From Psilocybe cubensis (Eukaryota), in NCBI GenBank assembly GCA_017499595.2, contig CM039006.1, forward strand, positions 3,038,001 to 3,102,000: a stretch of DNA of 64,000 nucleotides. Direction: 5' to 3'. The notes under the pieces are model-generated. The model saw nothing but the letters and a program-made list of their open reading frames with translations, made no database searches and was not told where the DNA came from. The translations under genes were made by a program, and so were the position numbers. Of the stretch, positions 14,606-28,145 are shown piece after piece (the stretch's first letter is position 1; each line of letters opens with the position of its first letter).

Positions 14606-15029
14606 TGATTTTGATTAATTCAAACCTTCATGAAGTCCAGCCGCTTTGGTTCGACTCCATGGGCTTGAGAGCGCTTGCGGATGCTAAAAAAGAGCTTACA
14701 GAAGCAACCGTATTGAGTCTGCCTCACGTACGACCTTAAAATTTGGCTGAAAGGATTTCATGTTTCCATTTCTTCTCTGCCTCTCCATGAATTCCCCTTT
14801 CTTCCATATTTATCTGACTTCCTCATACCTTGATGAAGAGCCCCGTGTACATGTAGTAACCTTGGAGATAAAGACGGGATACGCATTCATGAACCACAGC
14901 GCCAGTCGTTATGTTCTGGTGTCCATAGTTCTAACCGTCTATTGAATCATGTCGCTGAATTTGACGGGATACCTAATCTCAGTATCTATTCTTGATCGTC
15001 AGTGTCAAATACAGGATTCCTGGGCATAT

Positions 15030-15977
15030 CCTCAGGGATGGCGTGACAAAAATACAGAGGATTACTTCTGCATGCAGCGACGTACTGCCGATACCGCTTC
15101 TCAAAAGCTGAACATTTTTTTTGGTTTTGTCGGATGAAAAAAATGTTCGCCGAGTTAGACCGCAATGTCTTTGTCGTGTCGTGTACCCAGGATCTGGTCT
15201 TCCACGACTTGGGGTATCTATTTTCCATTAATCCAAATCTCGGGATGAATGTATGGGCTGAATGATGGCATATCTAGGTGATCTCCGGGTGGATTTTCCT
15301 CCTATATACTAGATAAAAATGTCAACGCAACTGGACAGGGCATATCACTTCCTGTGCAACAAGGAGGGCACGCGGTACCAACTGCTTTCAACCGACCTCA
15401 CGTATTTTGACCTTGGCCCAAATAGAGAACACACCGTCTCCCTCTATCCTCTCCCGCTGTATATCAAGTCCCGCGTTTTTGACCTCGTCCTCTTAGATGG
15501 ACATCATCTGCGCACCCAGACATCATCTCACCCTGGGGACAACGACAGGCTATTGATATTGCAGCTAATAATAGCATTAAAGGCAGTCAAACTCGGCGGT
15601 ACACTGGTCGTCAAACTCCCTCTCCCGCATCATCATTGCTCTGCACGAGTCATATTTGTCCTGCTCATCCTATCGACAAAGTTGGTGCGATGGAAGCCAC
15701 TTAGTATGCATGCCACCCGAGGACAGTTCTACGCTGTAGCGAAAGGTGTGGGCGAAGGTGCGTCGGGTGATATATTGTCTGCTATGGTCCACTTTAGCCT
15801 TTGGGGGAAAGGATAACATTGGGAGGGCAATCGTTCCGGAAGATCTTGATTTTATAATATCGATAGAAGATCGAGGATCCATCATCTGGAATGGCTGTTG
15901 GAGTATGGGAAACCATTGGGGAAAATTCAGGCCAATGCGATAGAAGACTTCATCAGGGAGAAAGGGATATTACAGTA
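15030..15977 (+). pseudogene. FtsJ/RrmJ-like SAM-dependent methyltransferase, probably frameshifted
   Basis: FHDLG|intron|SPGGFSSYI (SAM-binding-like), FDLVLLDGH, LIIALKAVKLGGTLVVKL and WKPLSMHATRGQFYAVAKG. Frame breaks occur near 15120, 15320 and 15790. Confidence 0.55.
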
Positions 15978-16049
15978 CCCAGATTGGTATTGGCACTCAG
16001 TCGTTGTACATTTAAATAGGTAAGGGAATGGCATTGAGAAGATCGAGCT

Positions 16050-18690
16050 CACATGCGTAAGCTGATAAGATTACCCTGATTACCCACGGATGTGCACACA
16101 ACAACGTAACCACACAGTGCTGGATGCTGTTATCAGATAGCGAAGATATTCTCGGACTTGTTGACGATGGGACAAACGCGTACTTGGCTGGTGAGGAAGA
16201 CTTGAGTCATGATCCAGTCTTTTGAAACACCCCGTAGAGAATTCATTACAATCTTTCAATAGTCAGAGATATCAGTATGAGATAAGCCATCAAACGAGGT
16301 CACATCGTTGCTTAAAACGAGGTTGACTGGAGGCTACTTTAAGTACGGACACGTGTATTGTACAAGGCTCTATACTCAGATCGCAGTGGCCAGTGCGCGC
16401 TGCGGTGTCCTGTGCGCCGGTAAAAGAAGAGTTCTGCATGGGAATCGATCATTAAATGTTGGTCATATCAACACGATGTTACACAAATCAGAGTCCTGTT
16501 TTCCGGATTAAAAGACGGAGCCTGGGATTTTCCATACACATATTAAAGAGCCATTGTTCTCTTTTGACAGATTATTCTTCCCCACTTCACTCATCTCACA
16601 ACCGCTCAACGTTCAATAATGCCATCTTCACTCCATTTGCCTGATCTCTACGTACCAGAAATCTCTCACAATACCAACCTCGGTGTGTTAAACGACGAGC
16701 CAAATAAAAATGCCCAATCAACACCCTTGGAAGCCGCAGGTGCTCATTTGGCTGGATCGTCTATCATTCCTTCCCAAGCCTCAAAATTTCACTTTTGTCC
16801 AAAGGTGCTGGCTAGCATAAAAAAACTCACTGAAGATGTGGAAGAAGAAATGGGTGTAAACTATCTCGACTTGGTTAAGATGCCAGAGGCGAGTGGCGCA
16901 GGCATCTACAATGCCTGGACATCAACCTCCCAGCCTGTCCCATTGGTACTACCTACCTCGAATTCAATACAACAGTCAATGCCCGAAGAAATTGAGGATT
17001 CATACGATCCTCGGAATGGATTTGAGCCACCAGCCGCCACAGCAGCGATACCTACACAGATGAGCACCTTCCCGGAGCTAATAAACTCGCACAATATGAC
17101 TTCTTTAAGTAGAAGACGTGATGTTGAAATGTCAGTCCTAAAACATAATACTTGATACCCCAATTGAAAGCTAATTATGCTTTTAGATCAGCGTCACTGT
17201 CGACGCCGGCAGGTCCCTCTCGTTGGCATCGAGAGGAAAGGGCATACGGTGAGCCGATCCAGCCATCGATTGACTGGAGTGAGTGGCTCGAACACGAAGT
17301 GGAGGGTACGTCTTGTGGAGACTTGTATTCTAAGCATGATTACCCATCGTTTCGATTTTATACAGCACCATCGTTGTATCCCAAACATTCAGAATTCACG
17401 GGCTTTCCTACCCACAATACACTATCTGACGCCTTCAATGGATCTTCTTATCAACGGAATAACGGGATGAATGATCTTGCTCCATGGTCAACCAAAAGAC
17501 CATTACCAATCTCATCATTCGCAAGCCTAATCCCTGAATTGAATACTGCGCCGATGCACAACGCGAATGGTGATGAAATGTGAGTCTTACCGGTATATTC
17601 ACTAAAATTTAGACTGAGAAAAAGCTTCATTTTCAGATCATCATCTCCAACTCCCTACGGGAGGACCGCTGATGCCGCCCAGTATCAGGGCATGTTTTAC
17701 GACCATGCTCAGCCATGGTTTCAGGCGGGTGAGGGTTCCAACACCCATCATCCATCAACGTCTTTCTCCTCAGAAAGAGAGAAGAAAGAGATAATCACAT
17801 CTGGATCGATCAAGGATGGACACGAAGAGCTTCGCTCCAGGCTCACAAGTGAGCCTGTAGAGCGTCAAGACATCAACGAAGCCCAAACAAATGATGGAGG
17901 GTATGAAATTTCTTCCTCCTCTCTTCCGAGTAGACACTGACATTGTTCTTTCTTCAATATAAGGTGCGGGGAGGGGGTAGAAGTAGGGCATGGCCAAACA
18001 ATTGGGAGGTTTGTTGATCAGTAATGAGTTAGAGACTAAGGACTCACAAGGGGAAAAATGCTTTTAGGGACAAGATCACGTCTCGAAAGAGGCGACGCGA
18101 GGACACGAACTCGGAGATCGAGTCCGCTGGAGACCCCCGGCTGCCCATAAAACCCAAGGTGCAGGAGTCCCGGGACACCGTGCCAGGAGACATTAGCACA
18201 GAGGTACAGGGCTCCCGGGGGAAGCCCAGAAAGTTGAACCCGAGGGCGCCAGCAATGATGAGGTCGTACACACACAACTTGACCCCGCTGACGACGCCTG
18301 AGGCAAAGGAAGGGGGCTTTGTCCCACTTGTAACTGCAGAGGAGAAAACAGCTGACAAGGAATTTGGTGACCACCAAATGCCCGTTAGCATGGACAATAT
18401 AACGATGGAGTAAGTGGCTTGTCATTCCGCATCGCTCAGATAAGATAAGAGACTTACATGCCGTAATCCCTGAAAGGACCGGCTGCCCCGATGCATCCAA
18501 AAAGAAAGGTGCCAGGAGAAGCAAAAGGTTGAAGGCCGCTTAGTGATACGATAGCGGGGACACCGTCTTGTACAATATTCAGTAGCTGGTAGAGCACGTC
18601 GTCAACAGCAGTGTAATGCCAAATTTTTTATCTCGTACCTTTTATCAGTCCCGCTCATCGATGGGCAGCTTTGATTTCTCGCGGCAAATT
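16050..18690 (+). repeat. Inverted duplication block C (partner 29800-32655)
   Basis: Reverse-complement match. VEEEMGVNYLDLVK and DHAQPWFQAGEGSNTHH are present in both copies. Confidence 0.9.
16619..18543 (+). CDS. Lineage-specific multi-exon protein, largely disordered, with a basic C-terminus
   Basis: ORFs are joined by introns (gtcagt 17131..ttttag 17187; gtgagt 17580..tttcag 17636; others). It ends KKKGARRSKRLKAA*, and the splice sites are kept in the partner copy. Confidence 0.55.
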
Positions 18691-19202
18691 CCCGCAACGA
18701 GGGGAGAGTAAAAGTCGCCACACGGTCATTCGGAATACGTTCGAGCACGAGAGTTTGCGTGGAAGGTCTGGTAATGAGATGCAAGATTCAGTGAGAAAGG
18801 CAGATGCGTGTTTGGTGCTGTTATTTGCAGCCACACGAAAGCGGTAAGCCGGCAGGAAAAGCCAGTAATGCAAACACCGCTTCATAGAGGCATGCACCCT
18901 CTCGCCATCATCAAAAATTATGACCACTTTGTTAATCTGGTATGCATCTCGAAAAGCCGATAATTCGTGCCATCTGGGAACTTGTAGGATATGATTCAAT
19001 GTAAGTTATTACCCATATTGTTCCAAAATTGGTGGTCAGCCGACGTCACCTTTCCGAACTAACTTCTGTTCCAATATTTTTTCTAAACTTTGGGATTTGG
19101 CACTTGGTTGAGATATGGAGAATTACCACCATCTCTACATCTATAGGGAGCCACAAAACTCCAGACAAATAGCATATTGAAGTGAGGAAAAATATCACCA
19201 CC

Positions 19203-20447
19203 TCACTTAACCTCCTCCAACACCCGGTTCACCACATGTATGTAAACATTCGAATCTTCCCCGGAGTTATTTATATTATGACTCCGCTCTGTGGGTTGCT
19301 GAACTGGTGGATCGAGACCAGATATGTGGGTGATTGTATCAGACTCGGCTTCGTGATCATTGACCATCGCCAACCTTGAAACCATTAGCGTTGGCCCGAT
19401 CCCCTTTCGTTGGTATGATTAATTTTATTGCGACTTACTGATGCTACAGACATCAAAACGCCGATGTAGTTCATTGATTGGCCCAAAGGGGACCATGCTT
19501 TTGTCTCTTTAGGTATGGCCAGCATCACCCCAAATATTAGCAAGAGCACTGAATATACTGCGGAGGATTCGATGATTATAGCCACAATGCGACGAAATCT
19601 CCCTTGCGATCGAGTAATACCGTGAAACAGTAAGAATATTCTGAGCGCAATGATAAACGTGGCTGTGACTGTGGTGCCTAGAAAGAGGAAAGCAGGGACC
19701 GTAGATATACTGGATGCCAGAATTAAAAAATTTGACTTGTTGATGAAAAGGTAAGGGTTCGCCACGAATAAGAGGTCCACTGTAATGACTCCTATAATAC
19801 ATTATTTTCATTCTGTAAACTATTCTCGGTAATGCCTCTCACCAAAATTGGTAGCCAGGAGCAAGGACGGAACCAAAATGGCCTTGAGAGACCCACCCCA
19901 CACATGGTAGCATCTCCAAATCTTTGGTGAGATGTATCAGAAACTCAGAAGGGTTGGACGAAGATATATCGATTCACCAATAGGCCATCGGATATAATCA
20001 ATGATGCAAAGCTAATAAAATTGCGTGTTGCTTCAAGCCATCGTGGTTCAGCCATAATAGCTTCAAAGACAGTGTCCGGCGTAATGTGCCGTACGTGGAG
20101 TGAACTATTGAGGAAACACTACGAAAAGATAGCTTCTGCGAGGCATACAATGTATAGTGCAGAAATTGCGATCAAAACAACCATAAAATTTGTGGTTGAT
20201 TTTGCCTTCGACACTGCAAAATAAAATGTCAGAATGTCACAATTGTCTTACAGTATCAATATACGGTATATTTGTACGGTCCATGCATAGACCATAGTGT
20301 AAACTCCTGTAACGTGTCGGTTATGCTTCAGCATAACATTAAAGGGATATAAACAATACCCATCAAACAAAGTTGGAACATGGTTCCGTTGAGATTCTGA
20401 CTGATTGCAGACTCCTCAACACGGAAAGGGAAGGGGGAAGTGGACAT
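19203..20447 (-). CDS. Multi-exon, multi-pass membrane protein ('WRCYHVWG' family)
   Basis: ATG at 20447 (MSTSPFPFRVEESAISQNLNGTMFQLCLMG), then IISDGLL, IWRCYHVWGGSLKAILVPSLLL and RRIVAIIIESSAVYS. Confidence 0.65.
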
Positions 20448-21293
20448 GACTGCGTGAGTCGAGCTTTACATTGAGCATTATATACAGATCAAGGTCCCAA
20501 TATGTTTCGCATCGTGATGTAGTCAGTTCGTTGGTATGTGGGTAGGTAGATAGAAACATGTATACAGTACTTATCAAGCTGACCTACATATTGTTTTCTA
20601 TATCCACCCCTTTCGGACTTCTTCTTTGAGTCACCGGCGCTTTATAGCCACCAATTAACCGTGCTGTTGTTAGCTTGCTAGAGCAACCTCAAATCAGCTT
20701 CAGCATAATTATCCGCTGCTCCACTATTGATAACAGCGACAATGATCCGTAAATGGCAGTGATACATCGACAACGTACCTATACTCAACAAAACTTCAAA
20801 TGAGAGTAATAGAAACCCTTTCAATGGAACGTCGAGGACTCTCTCCTCTTTAAAGACCTTGAAAGGTAAGGATTCCAGCGCATATGAGGTTTGCGAAAAG
20901 AGATGCACATCGTTCTGTAAATTATCTATATGAAGCCATTGAACGTGAACCATTCAACATATACCCACCTCGGGTTTCATGGCACAAATAATTGTTGATA
21001 TTACATTATGGACAACAACACTGATGTAGGGTATCATTGAAAATGTTTCTGTATGTAACGTGTTGTAGGATAACCAAAGGATGACTATCAAAATCTTCAG
21101 ATAAAATCAGATAAAATTACTGTAAATTTTTTTTTGCCATCCAACTCAATAGGAGGAGAAACTCGATCATCTACATCCCATAATTATGGCTCAATAAATG
21201 ATATTTAAGCAAGATAAACACTGATAAAGGATCAAAAGGTGAGTACTGGGTAAGTACCAGCGCAAGTTCGTGATGTCGATGGCAATGTCTGTG

Positions 21294-21480
21294 ATGAGGC
21301 GTGGGAACATTATCACATGATAGTCTACAGTTGGCCGAACCTTGCCAGACCTCGGCCGAACCCTTTTTCCGTCTTTCGCACTCTAGTCCAGGTAGCAGGG
21401 AAAGCCCCATTGAAGGTGTACTCTGGTGCAATCGACCAATGTCGGCGTCAAAATTGCACTGAGGATGAAGGTCTCACATA
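21294..21480 (+). repeat. Dispersed repeat, copy 3 of 3 (more diverged)
   Basis: GATGAGGCGTGGGAACATTATCACATGAT..GCCGAACCTTGCC..CACTCTAGT..GATGAAGGTCT matches 7477-7640. Confidence 0.65.
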
Positions 21481-22249
21481 ATTTTCCACTTCTTGGCGAT
21501 TCTCGCGTCAGCAAAGCGTGCACTTGATGCACCATGCATTCCTTATTTGCGGCGCCAACGCCGATTTTTTACATCCGAACCTGGTTCATTCACTTTCTAT
21601 GTCACCTGCCACATTTTTAACTTTGAGTGTCAATGGAACATTCTCGTGTTCCACCAACGACATTACCGACACAGCTTTCCTTCGTGTTGCAGGAGGTTTG
21701 GATATTATACAGTTTTCAGCGGATCCAACGGCATCATACCAAAGTACGGTCTGCACGCGTATCTCTTTTCTATTTGTCATTTGTAATCGGTACCCTTTCT
21801 CCTCGCTGTAGCTTCCTCTGCATCACCGGTGCGTGATATAACGTTGGCGAAAATCTAGTGTACGATGTCTGCCCTATCTGCACTTATAAGAAGATTTTTT
21901 TGGTTTAGAAGCTTTTTATGGGCAAGGAGGCACCTACTTGAAAAGTCCCCAGCGACGGAACACGGGGATCATGTCTAGATGAGTAGTGTCATGTTTTTGT
22001 ATTGGGTTCTTACGGCTAGCAAGGTGATAGGAAGAAAGTACGACACATACCAAATAAAACGCAGAAATTGTCACAACTGTACTCCAGGACACTCCCTTCG
22101 ACTAGCAATGGCGACAGCGTAGGTAAGATCTGCATACTTCGATCTTTCATTGGCGTCTTTTGCATAGAGATAGAGTCTCGATGATAACTATATGCCTTAT
22201 GAAATACCACATTTTATCAAATACATCGTACTTTCCTCGTATAACCCGC

Positions 22250-23720
22250 CTAACGATGCTCCCCGATTACTAGTATGGAATTCGGCTCAATAGGATGTCC
22301 GGTATTACCCACACTGTCTGGTGTCGGACCGACGCCGAGGGTAATTCTAATTCCAGTACCTGAATCGATTAAACTGTTGTTGGAAGCGTTACGGATGCTG
22401 AGGACAAGTCGGCAAGATATGACGCAAGGGAATGCAATGCAAAATCCCATCGGCGCTTGCACCAGTTCACTGTACTGCGCGAAACCAAAAGATTCCGTTA
22501 TAGAGTCGATTCACCAGCAGAAGAAAATGCGGAACCTACCGGAATACCGACCCAGACCAGTGCGAGGGTGATATATGTCACTCCAATTCTATATTTTATG
22601 AGTATAATAAAAGCACCATTTCACATTCAAATGCAGTGTCAAGTAGAATAAACACATACGTTAGGAAATATATGGCTGAGCCACGGTACAGAATATCAAC
22701 CAAGTGTTTTCCGCTCGCGGATCCTGGAGAGAATCCTTCTTGCCTCAGGTATGCAAAGGATCTCGAGAGCTTTACCCCTTTTATCAAAGCCAAAATACAC
22801 ATTATCGTCTCAAAAAAGAATAATGGTATCCAAAACGCAAAAAGCGCATGTGTTGACTTGAGTGGGATACAAGCTCTGCCGCCGGGAACTTGGACTACTT
22901 GGGCTAAAAAGAATATCTATCAGAGACGATAAACGGACCAAGAAGACAATGGAACCACCGTTCAAGATGGGAAGAGACACTCCTATCAATATACCAGATG
23001 CTGTAGACGAGATAACAAACAACACTAGCAGGATCGCTGCTAATTTCTTGTTAAAGTACATGGCGTATAACCTGATTTGGAGAATTCCTGTGATACCCAA
23101 CAATTGATACAAACTGTGTGCCAGTATAACATGTCATGTACAAACCTTGACACAACATATTAATTGCTAAAGAGGTCCATGCTTGCCATTTAAAGTAGAC
23201 CAGGCCTATAAAACCGTTGTCTCGTCAGAAACTTTGTCCTCATGTCGTATTTTCACTCACAGCTACATTATGAAAAAAATTAATGAGTCATAAAAGTTTG
23301 GAGAGTGAAAGGGACTCGCCTCTGAAGGTCGGGTAGATTTGAACAGAGTTAGTCATATCTTTTAGAATTCACTTACAACGCTAGTAGTATTGATTACAGG
23401 GAATAGCACTGATAGAGTAAATTACAGATAAAATTTTGAACCAGACTGTCAATATCAAATAACTCACTGTGGCTGTTGAAGCTTTAACCGCGTAATATTG
23501 CTGTTATTGACACGACACAGACCAGTGGATATTTTGCTTTCAGAGGCTAAACCTCTCGCCACAGGAATTTTAGACTACTATGGATGCCATTCTCTGTAAG
23601 CATTTTTCCAAACTTGCACACAAAATCGTCATCATCCAGCATATACGTAGCAATAACATTTCCATAACGATGACAATTACGGTAAATTTACAACTATTAT
23701 ATATTGGATTAGAGATGGAC
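22250..23720 (-). CDS. Multi-exon membrane protein, DUF6533-like family; 5' end uncertain
   Basis: Exons YFKWQAWTSLAINMLCQ, ILQIRLYAMYFNKKL, LVDILYRGSAIYFL and GFCIAFPCVISCRLVLSIR. It is a close paralogue of 1148-2847. Confidence 0.65.
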
Positions 23721-24401
23721 TTCCCACCTTATCATCAAAATTGCATCGAGTAGAATAGGCGCTGGAACCGGTGTATCGATGAATGAGGTGGCACAGTTCA
23801 CAACATGCATAGAGTTCGGCTGTATAAAAATCATTGTATAATTAACCAGTGTCCGTCGAAGACGTGGATTCGAAAAATCTAACTTTGCTTCTCCATAGAT
23901 CTAACACATATGCCACATGTACGCACCTTCCTGCATCGATCCTACCTCCGCAGCAATTTGCTTTGCCTCGACATCGAGTCATCTTGCTAACCCCCTTTGT
24001 AATCCTATGTTTATGTGCCCCTGCTCTGTGCGTGGGAACAGTCACACGTGGGGTATGTGACGAGTGTGACACAAGCGCCAGCGGTGACGAGGAGGGTCCG
24101 TGGCTCACACGCACGCACCATCACCATCACCTCCACGACTACCTCCGTCTCCGTCGTCTCCCTCTGTGCCTCGCCTCTGGTCCATCCGCCCACGACTTGA
24201 CCCTTTCTAGACGCATATTTTAACAGGCACTCTGTGGCCTCGGGTCTTCCACACACTACATCGCCACGAGACGATATTGAGGCCGGGTACGATAAGGACA
24301 AAGGAGAGCATATACGAGCGTCGCACAACCATTGAACAGTCTTTTTTTGTGGCCGCAACACCACCAACACCACCGCCACCTCACCCAAAAAAACATTATA
24401 A

Positions 24402-27400
24402 ATGCCTTCGGCACCCTTTTCCTCTGTCCAACACAACGCACACCCAGGGCTCACATCGACATCGACATCCACAACACCATCCATGTCGTCTTCCGGCCTA
24501 CCACCGTCCAACGCGCTCTTCCCGGCTCTCTACCTGTACCCTTTGAACGACACATGGGCACCCAAACACATTGCGCTGACGAGTATGCACACGAAAATTG
24601 GACGGCAGACGAGCAGCAAAACAGCGCCAGGCGAGCGGAATGGGTTTTTTGACAGCAAGGTGCTGAGCCGACAACACGCAGAAGTGTGGGAGGAGGGTGG
24701 AAAGGTGAGTATATGCGCGTATATGCATATATGCATCACATTCCGGCCGGATTCTGATTAATGTTTAGATATATATTAAAGATGTGAAGAGTTCGAATGG
24801 GACGTTTATCAATGGGGAGAGGCTCAGCAGCGAAGGACACGAATCGGAGCCATTCGAGCTCAAAAGCGACGACATCGTCGTATGTCCTTTCACCCCTCTT
24901 TTTTCGTACACTCACATTTTCTAGGAATTCGGTATCGACATCGTGGGCGAAGACAATAAGACGATCATCCATCACAAAGTCGCCGCGCGTGTTGTATGTG
25001 TGTTCACAGAACAGGATGCCCAGGTCGCTGCACGCGCCGAGCAGCATCAAGCTATGCAAGCACAACAGCAGGCCGCGCAGCATCAGCAGCAGCATCCACA
25101 GCAACATGGGCAGCACGGCCACCCGCAAGGTGCCGGAGGGTTCATGGGCGCTGGCCAGCAAGGCCTCGGGGGGCTAGGAGGGCAGGCGCATGGACTGGGC
25201 GGTCCAATGGGCCTTGGAGCAATGGGTGGCCAGCCACAGGGCGTGATGGGAGGACTGGGGGTGAATGGTGGACAGACGGGCCCGGGCGGTGGACAAGGTG
25301 CGCAGAATTTCCCCTTTGGACAGGGGCAGCCGGGTGCCAGGAGGCCACAGCTTGCGCAAGGCCTCGGTTCGATGGGTGGTATAGGCCTCAGGCCGCCAGG
25401 TAAAACCGGCCTGAGCTTCGACGTGATTCTGAGTCGCCTGCAAGGCGAGGTGCAGAAGAGTCGCGAGACAGGGGCAGAGTTGGGCAGTTTGACGAGCGCG
25501 ATGGGCGAAATTGGGGATGTGCTTGGGGGTGTCGGCGTGGTGAGCTTTGTATATCATTTGTAGGTCCAAATACTCAGTAATTATTGGTGCAGCCTGCAAA
25601 CCTTCCACCGTTCCCGGCACATCTACCCCCTGTGCGTGCGCCTCCACCGGAAGCGCAGCCATCCATACCTTTGCCGCCACCTCCTGCTGCTGTTTCTGCA
25701 CCTGCACCTGCACCTGCAGCCACGTCACCCAGCGCACCCAATGCCGCACCCGCATCAGCAGAGGCCGCATCGACATCGACATCGACATCAACATCCGCTA
25801 CCGCATCAACGTCGACATCAACCGACCAAACATCCACCTCATCTCCGCCTTCGACATCTGCGCAGCCTGCACCGTCCGGTCTATCCGCGACCCTCATCGC
25901 AGAACTACAGGCCCAGATCAGGGAGACGCAGAGCAGCCTCGCTGCCCACCATGACCGCGTCCGCCAACTCGAGGGCGCTCTCGAGGCGCAGGAAGGTTTA
26001 CGGCGTGAGGTTGTGGTGTTGCGAGAGCTTGTGATGCGTGGCGCGAGTTCATCAGGGACGTCCGGCGCGGGTTCGGGTGATTCAAGAGAGGTAAGGTTGG
26101 AGGAAGGGTCTCACGAAGAGGCAATGGGTGAAAGGCATCGTACGTGTGATGACGAGGACGAAGGCGGGGAGGGCCATGAAGATGACGACGAGGAAGAAGA
26201 AGATGACGACGACGATGCGCGTAGTGTGTCGACGATTATTCCGCACGAACTCGAGAGTGTCGAGGAGGAGGATGAGGAGGCCGTTGCGCGTGCTGAGCGT
26301 GGTGAAGATGGCGATGGCGATCCCGACCATGAGGCGCGTGATGCGCAGCATGGAGTTGAGGATACAGACCATTCTGTGTCTGAAGCTGTCGACCCTTCGA
26401 CTCTTGATCAGGAGCACGAGCACGAACAAAGGCATGAACATGGGTCGGAGGATGAGGCAGAGGCAGAGAAGCGGAAGCAGGAGGATCTCAAGGTCGGCAG
26501 GCCCCGTACACCGGAACCCTCGCTCCTGGGTATGGGTGAGCGCAGGGCATCACCGCTCGTCAGGCGACGCCCGCGCGACGCTGATGATGAAGCTGGGCAG
26601 CATCCTGAAGTCGACGAGGACGAGGAGGATGGCGAAGAAGATCATTTCAGACCTTCGTTACCGTCCTCTGTATCCGATGCCGACGACGACTCCGAAACGG
26701 AGGCGAATCCCGCCTCTAAATCCTCTGCAGTGTCCACCGAAACGAGCACGAGCGCAGAGGTGCTGGCGCAAGTCAGCAAGCTTTCGGCGCAGGTCTCCTC
26801 GGTCGTCGCATTGAGCGAGGCGCTGCATAGGCAGCACGCCGAGGCGCAGGGTACGATTCGAGCACTGGAGAAAAAGGTTGAAGGGTTGGAGGAGATGCTG
26901 AGAGCTGCTAGCGCTGCGAAGGAGGAAGAGGCTGCCGCTGTGGTGAAGGAGGAACCTGTGGATGACGTGCAGGTTAAAGCCGAGCCTGTAACGGAGGAAC
27001 CCTCTTCCACAGCTATCACGATAGCAGCGACTGTCGAATCGGCCCTCGCGGAGAAAATGGCTCTCTGGAAGAAGGCTGTCGAGGGTCAATGGAGCTCTGT
27101 CCGCGATGAGTGGCGTGACGAACGTGCGCGGCTTGAGAGGGCGAGAGAGGAGTGGGAGGCTAGGGTGCGGCTGGTTGAGTTTGGTCTTGAGAGAGTGCGT
27201 GATGCCGAACGCGAACGGGAAGGGGAGGTGACGAAGACTAGGGTGAATGGTGGTGGGAACGGTAATGCGAGGGGGGGTCTAGCGACGCCGCCGAGTCCAC
27301 GGTCGCAGAGCTCAGATTCAGGGAGGTATAGGAGACGGAAGAAGCGTGCGGCGCTCACTAACGCTGGTGCTACTTCAACATCCGCCGTGGAAGGCAGCTC

Positions 27401-28145
27401 TGGTGCGAGTGGTAGTGAGGACGAAGAAGACCGTGATTCGGGCGACGAAAAGGCACCGTCTGCGCAGAAGCTTGAAGGACGAAAGGGGGTCGAACTTGTA
27501 GATGACCCTACGCGAATGCTTGCTACGCCAGAACCGTCTGTCGTGTTCAAGCTCTCGGAGAGCGCTGTGTCGTCTCTCGACGGTGACCGGGATCAGGACG
27601 AATCTCATCTATCTGGGAAGACACGGACACACCCGCTTGCAGACTCGAGCGATGTGGACGCGGATGTGCTCTCACGTAGTTTCGACGAAGATTCTGTTGC
27701 TGGGCAATACGAACAATCAAGTGGAGAAGGGCTAGAAGGAGAAGGAATAGAAGGCGCTAGGGCGAGTCCATTTTCTTCCTCATCGACGTATGCGCGCGAC
27801 GCGTTGCTGATCCTTTTCTGGGTTTTTGTTTCTTGTGTGTTGGGTGTATTGGGTGTATTTGTGGGTCTTGCTATCTCTGTTTATTCATGGCTTGTGTCGG
27901 GCGTCGTTTGGATCTCTTCATCGTCGGTCGCGCGCTGGCTGTCGACTGTCGATCTTGATTCCTTGGCGGCTGCGCTTCCTGATACTCGGGTGTATGCTTG
28001 GGCTACACAGACGTTGCACCACCTGAACAAGGGCAAGGGCAAGGATAGCGCGGGAAACCCGAATATCAATGTCCAAACTGCGGTGGGCGTAGTGCTGCTC
28101 AGTGTTGCGGCTGCCGCTGTGTTTTGGAAGATCAAGCCCGAGTAG
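24402..28145 (+). CDS. FHA-domain, coiled-coil, C-terminally membrane-anchored STRIPAK subunit (Far9/Far10/Vps64, SLMAP, PRO45/HAM-4-like), about 1193 aa
   Basis: Exons 24402-24704, 24769-24879, 24925-25539 and 25593-28145 join in frame. FHA motifs [54 protein letters not shown]; coiled coils; hydrophobic tail [19 protein letters not shown]. Confidence 0.88.

Noticed and set aside
25574-27608. Long antisense and alternative-frame ORFs over the FHA gene
   Set aside because: They are shadows of a GC-rich, low-complexity exon, including the GCACCT and TCGACA hexamer runs that encode Ala-Pro and Ser-Thr.
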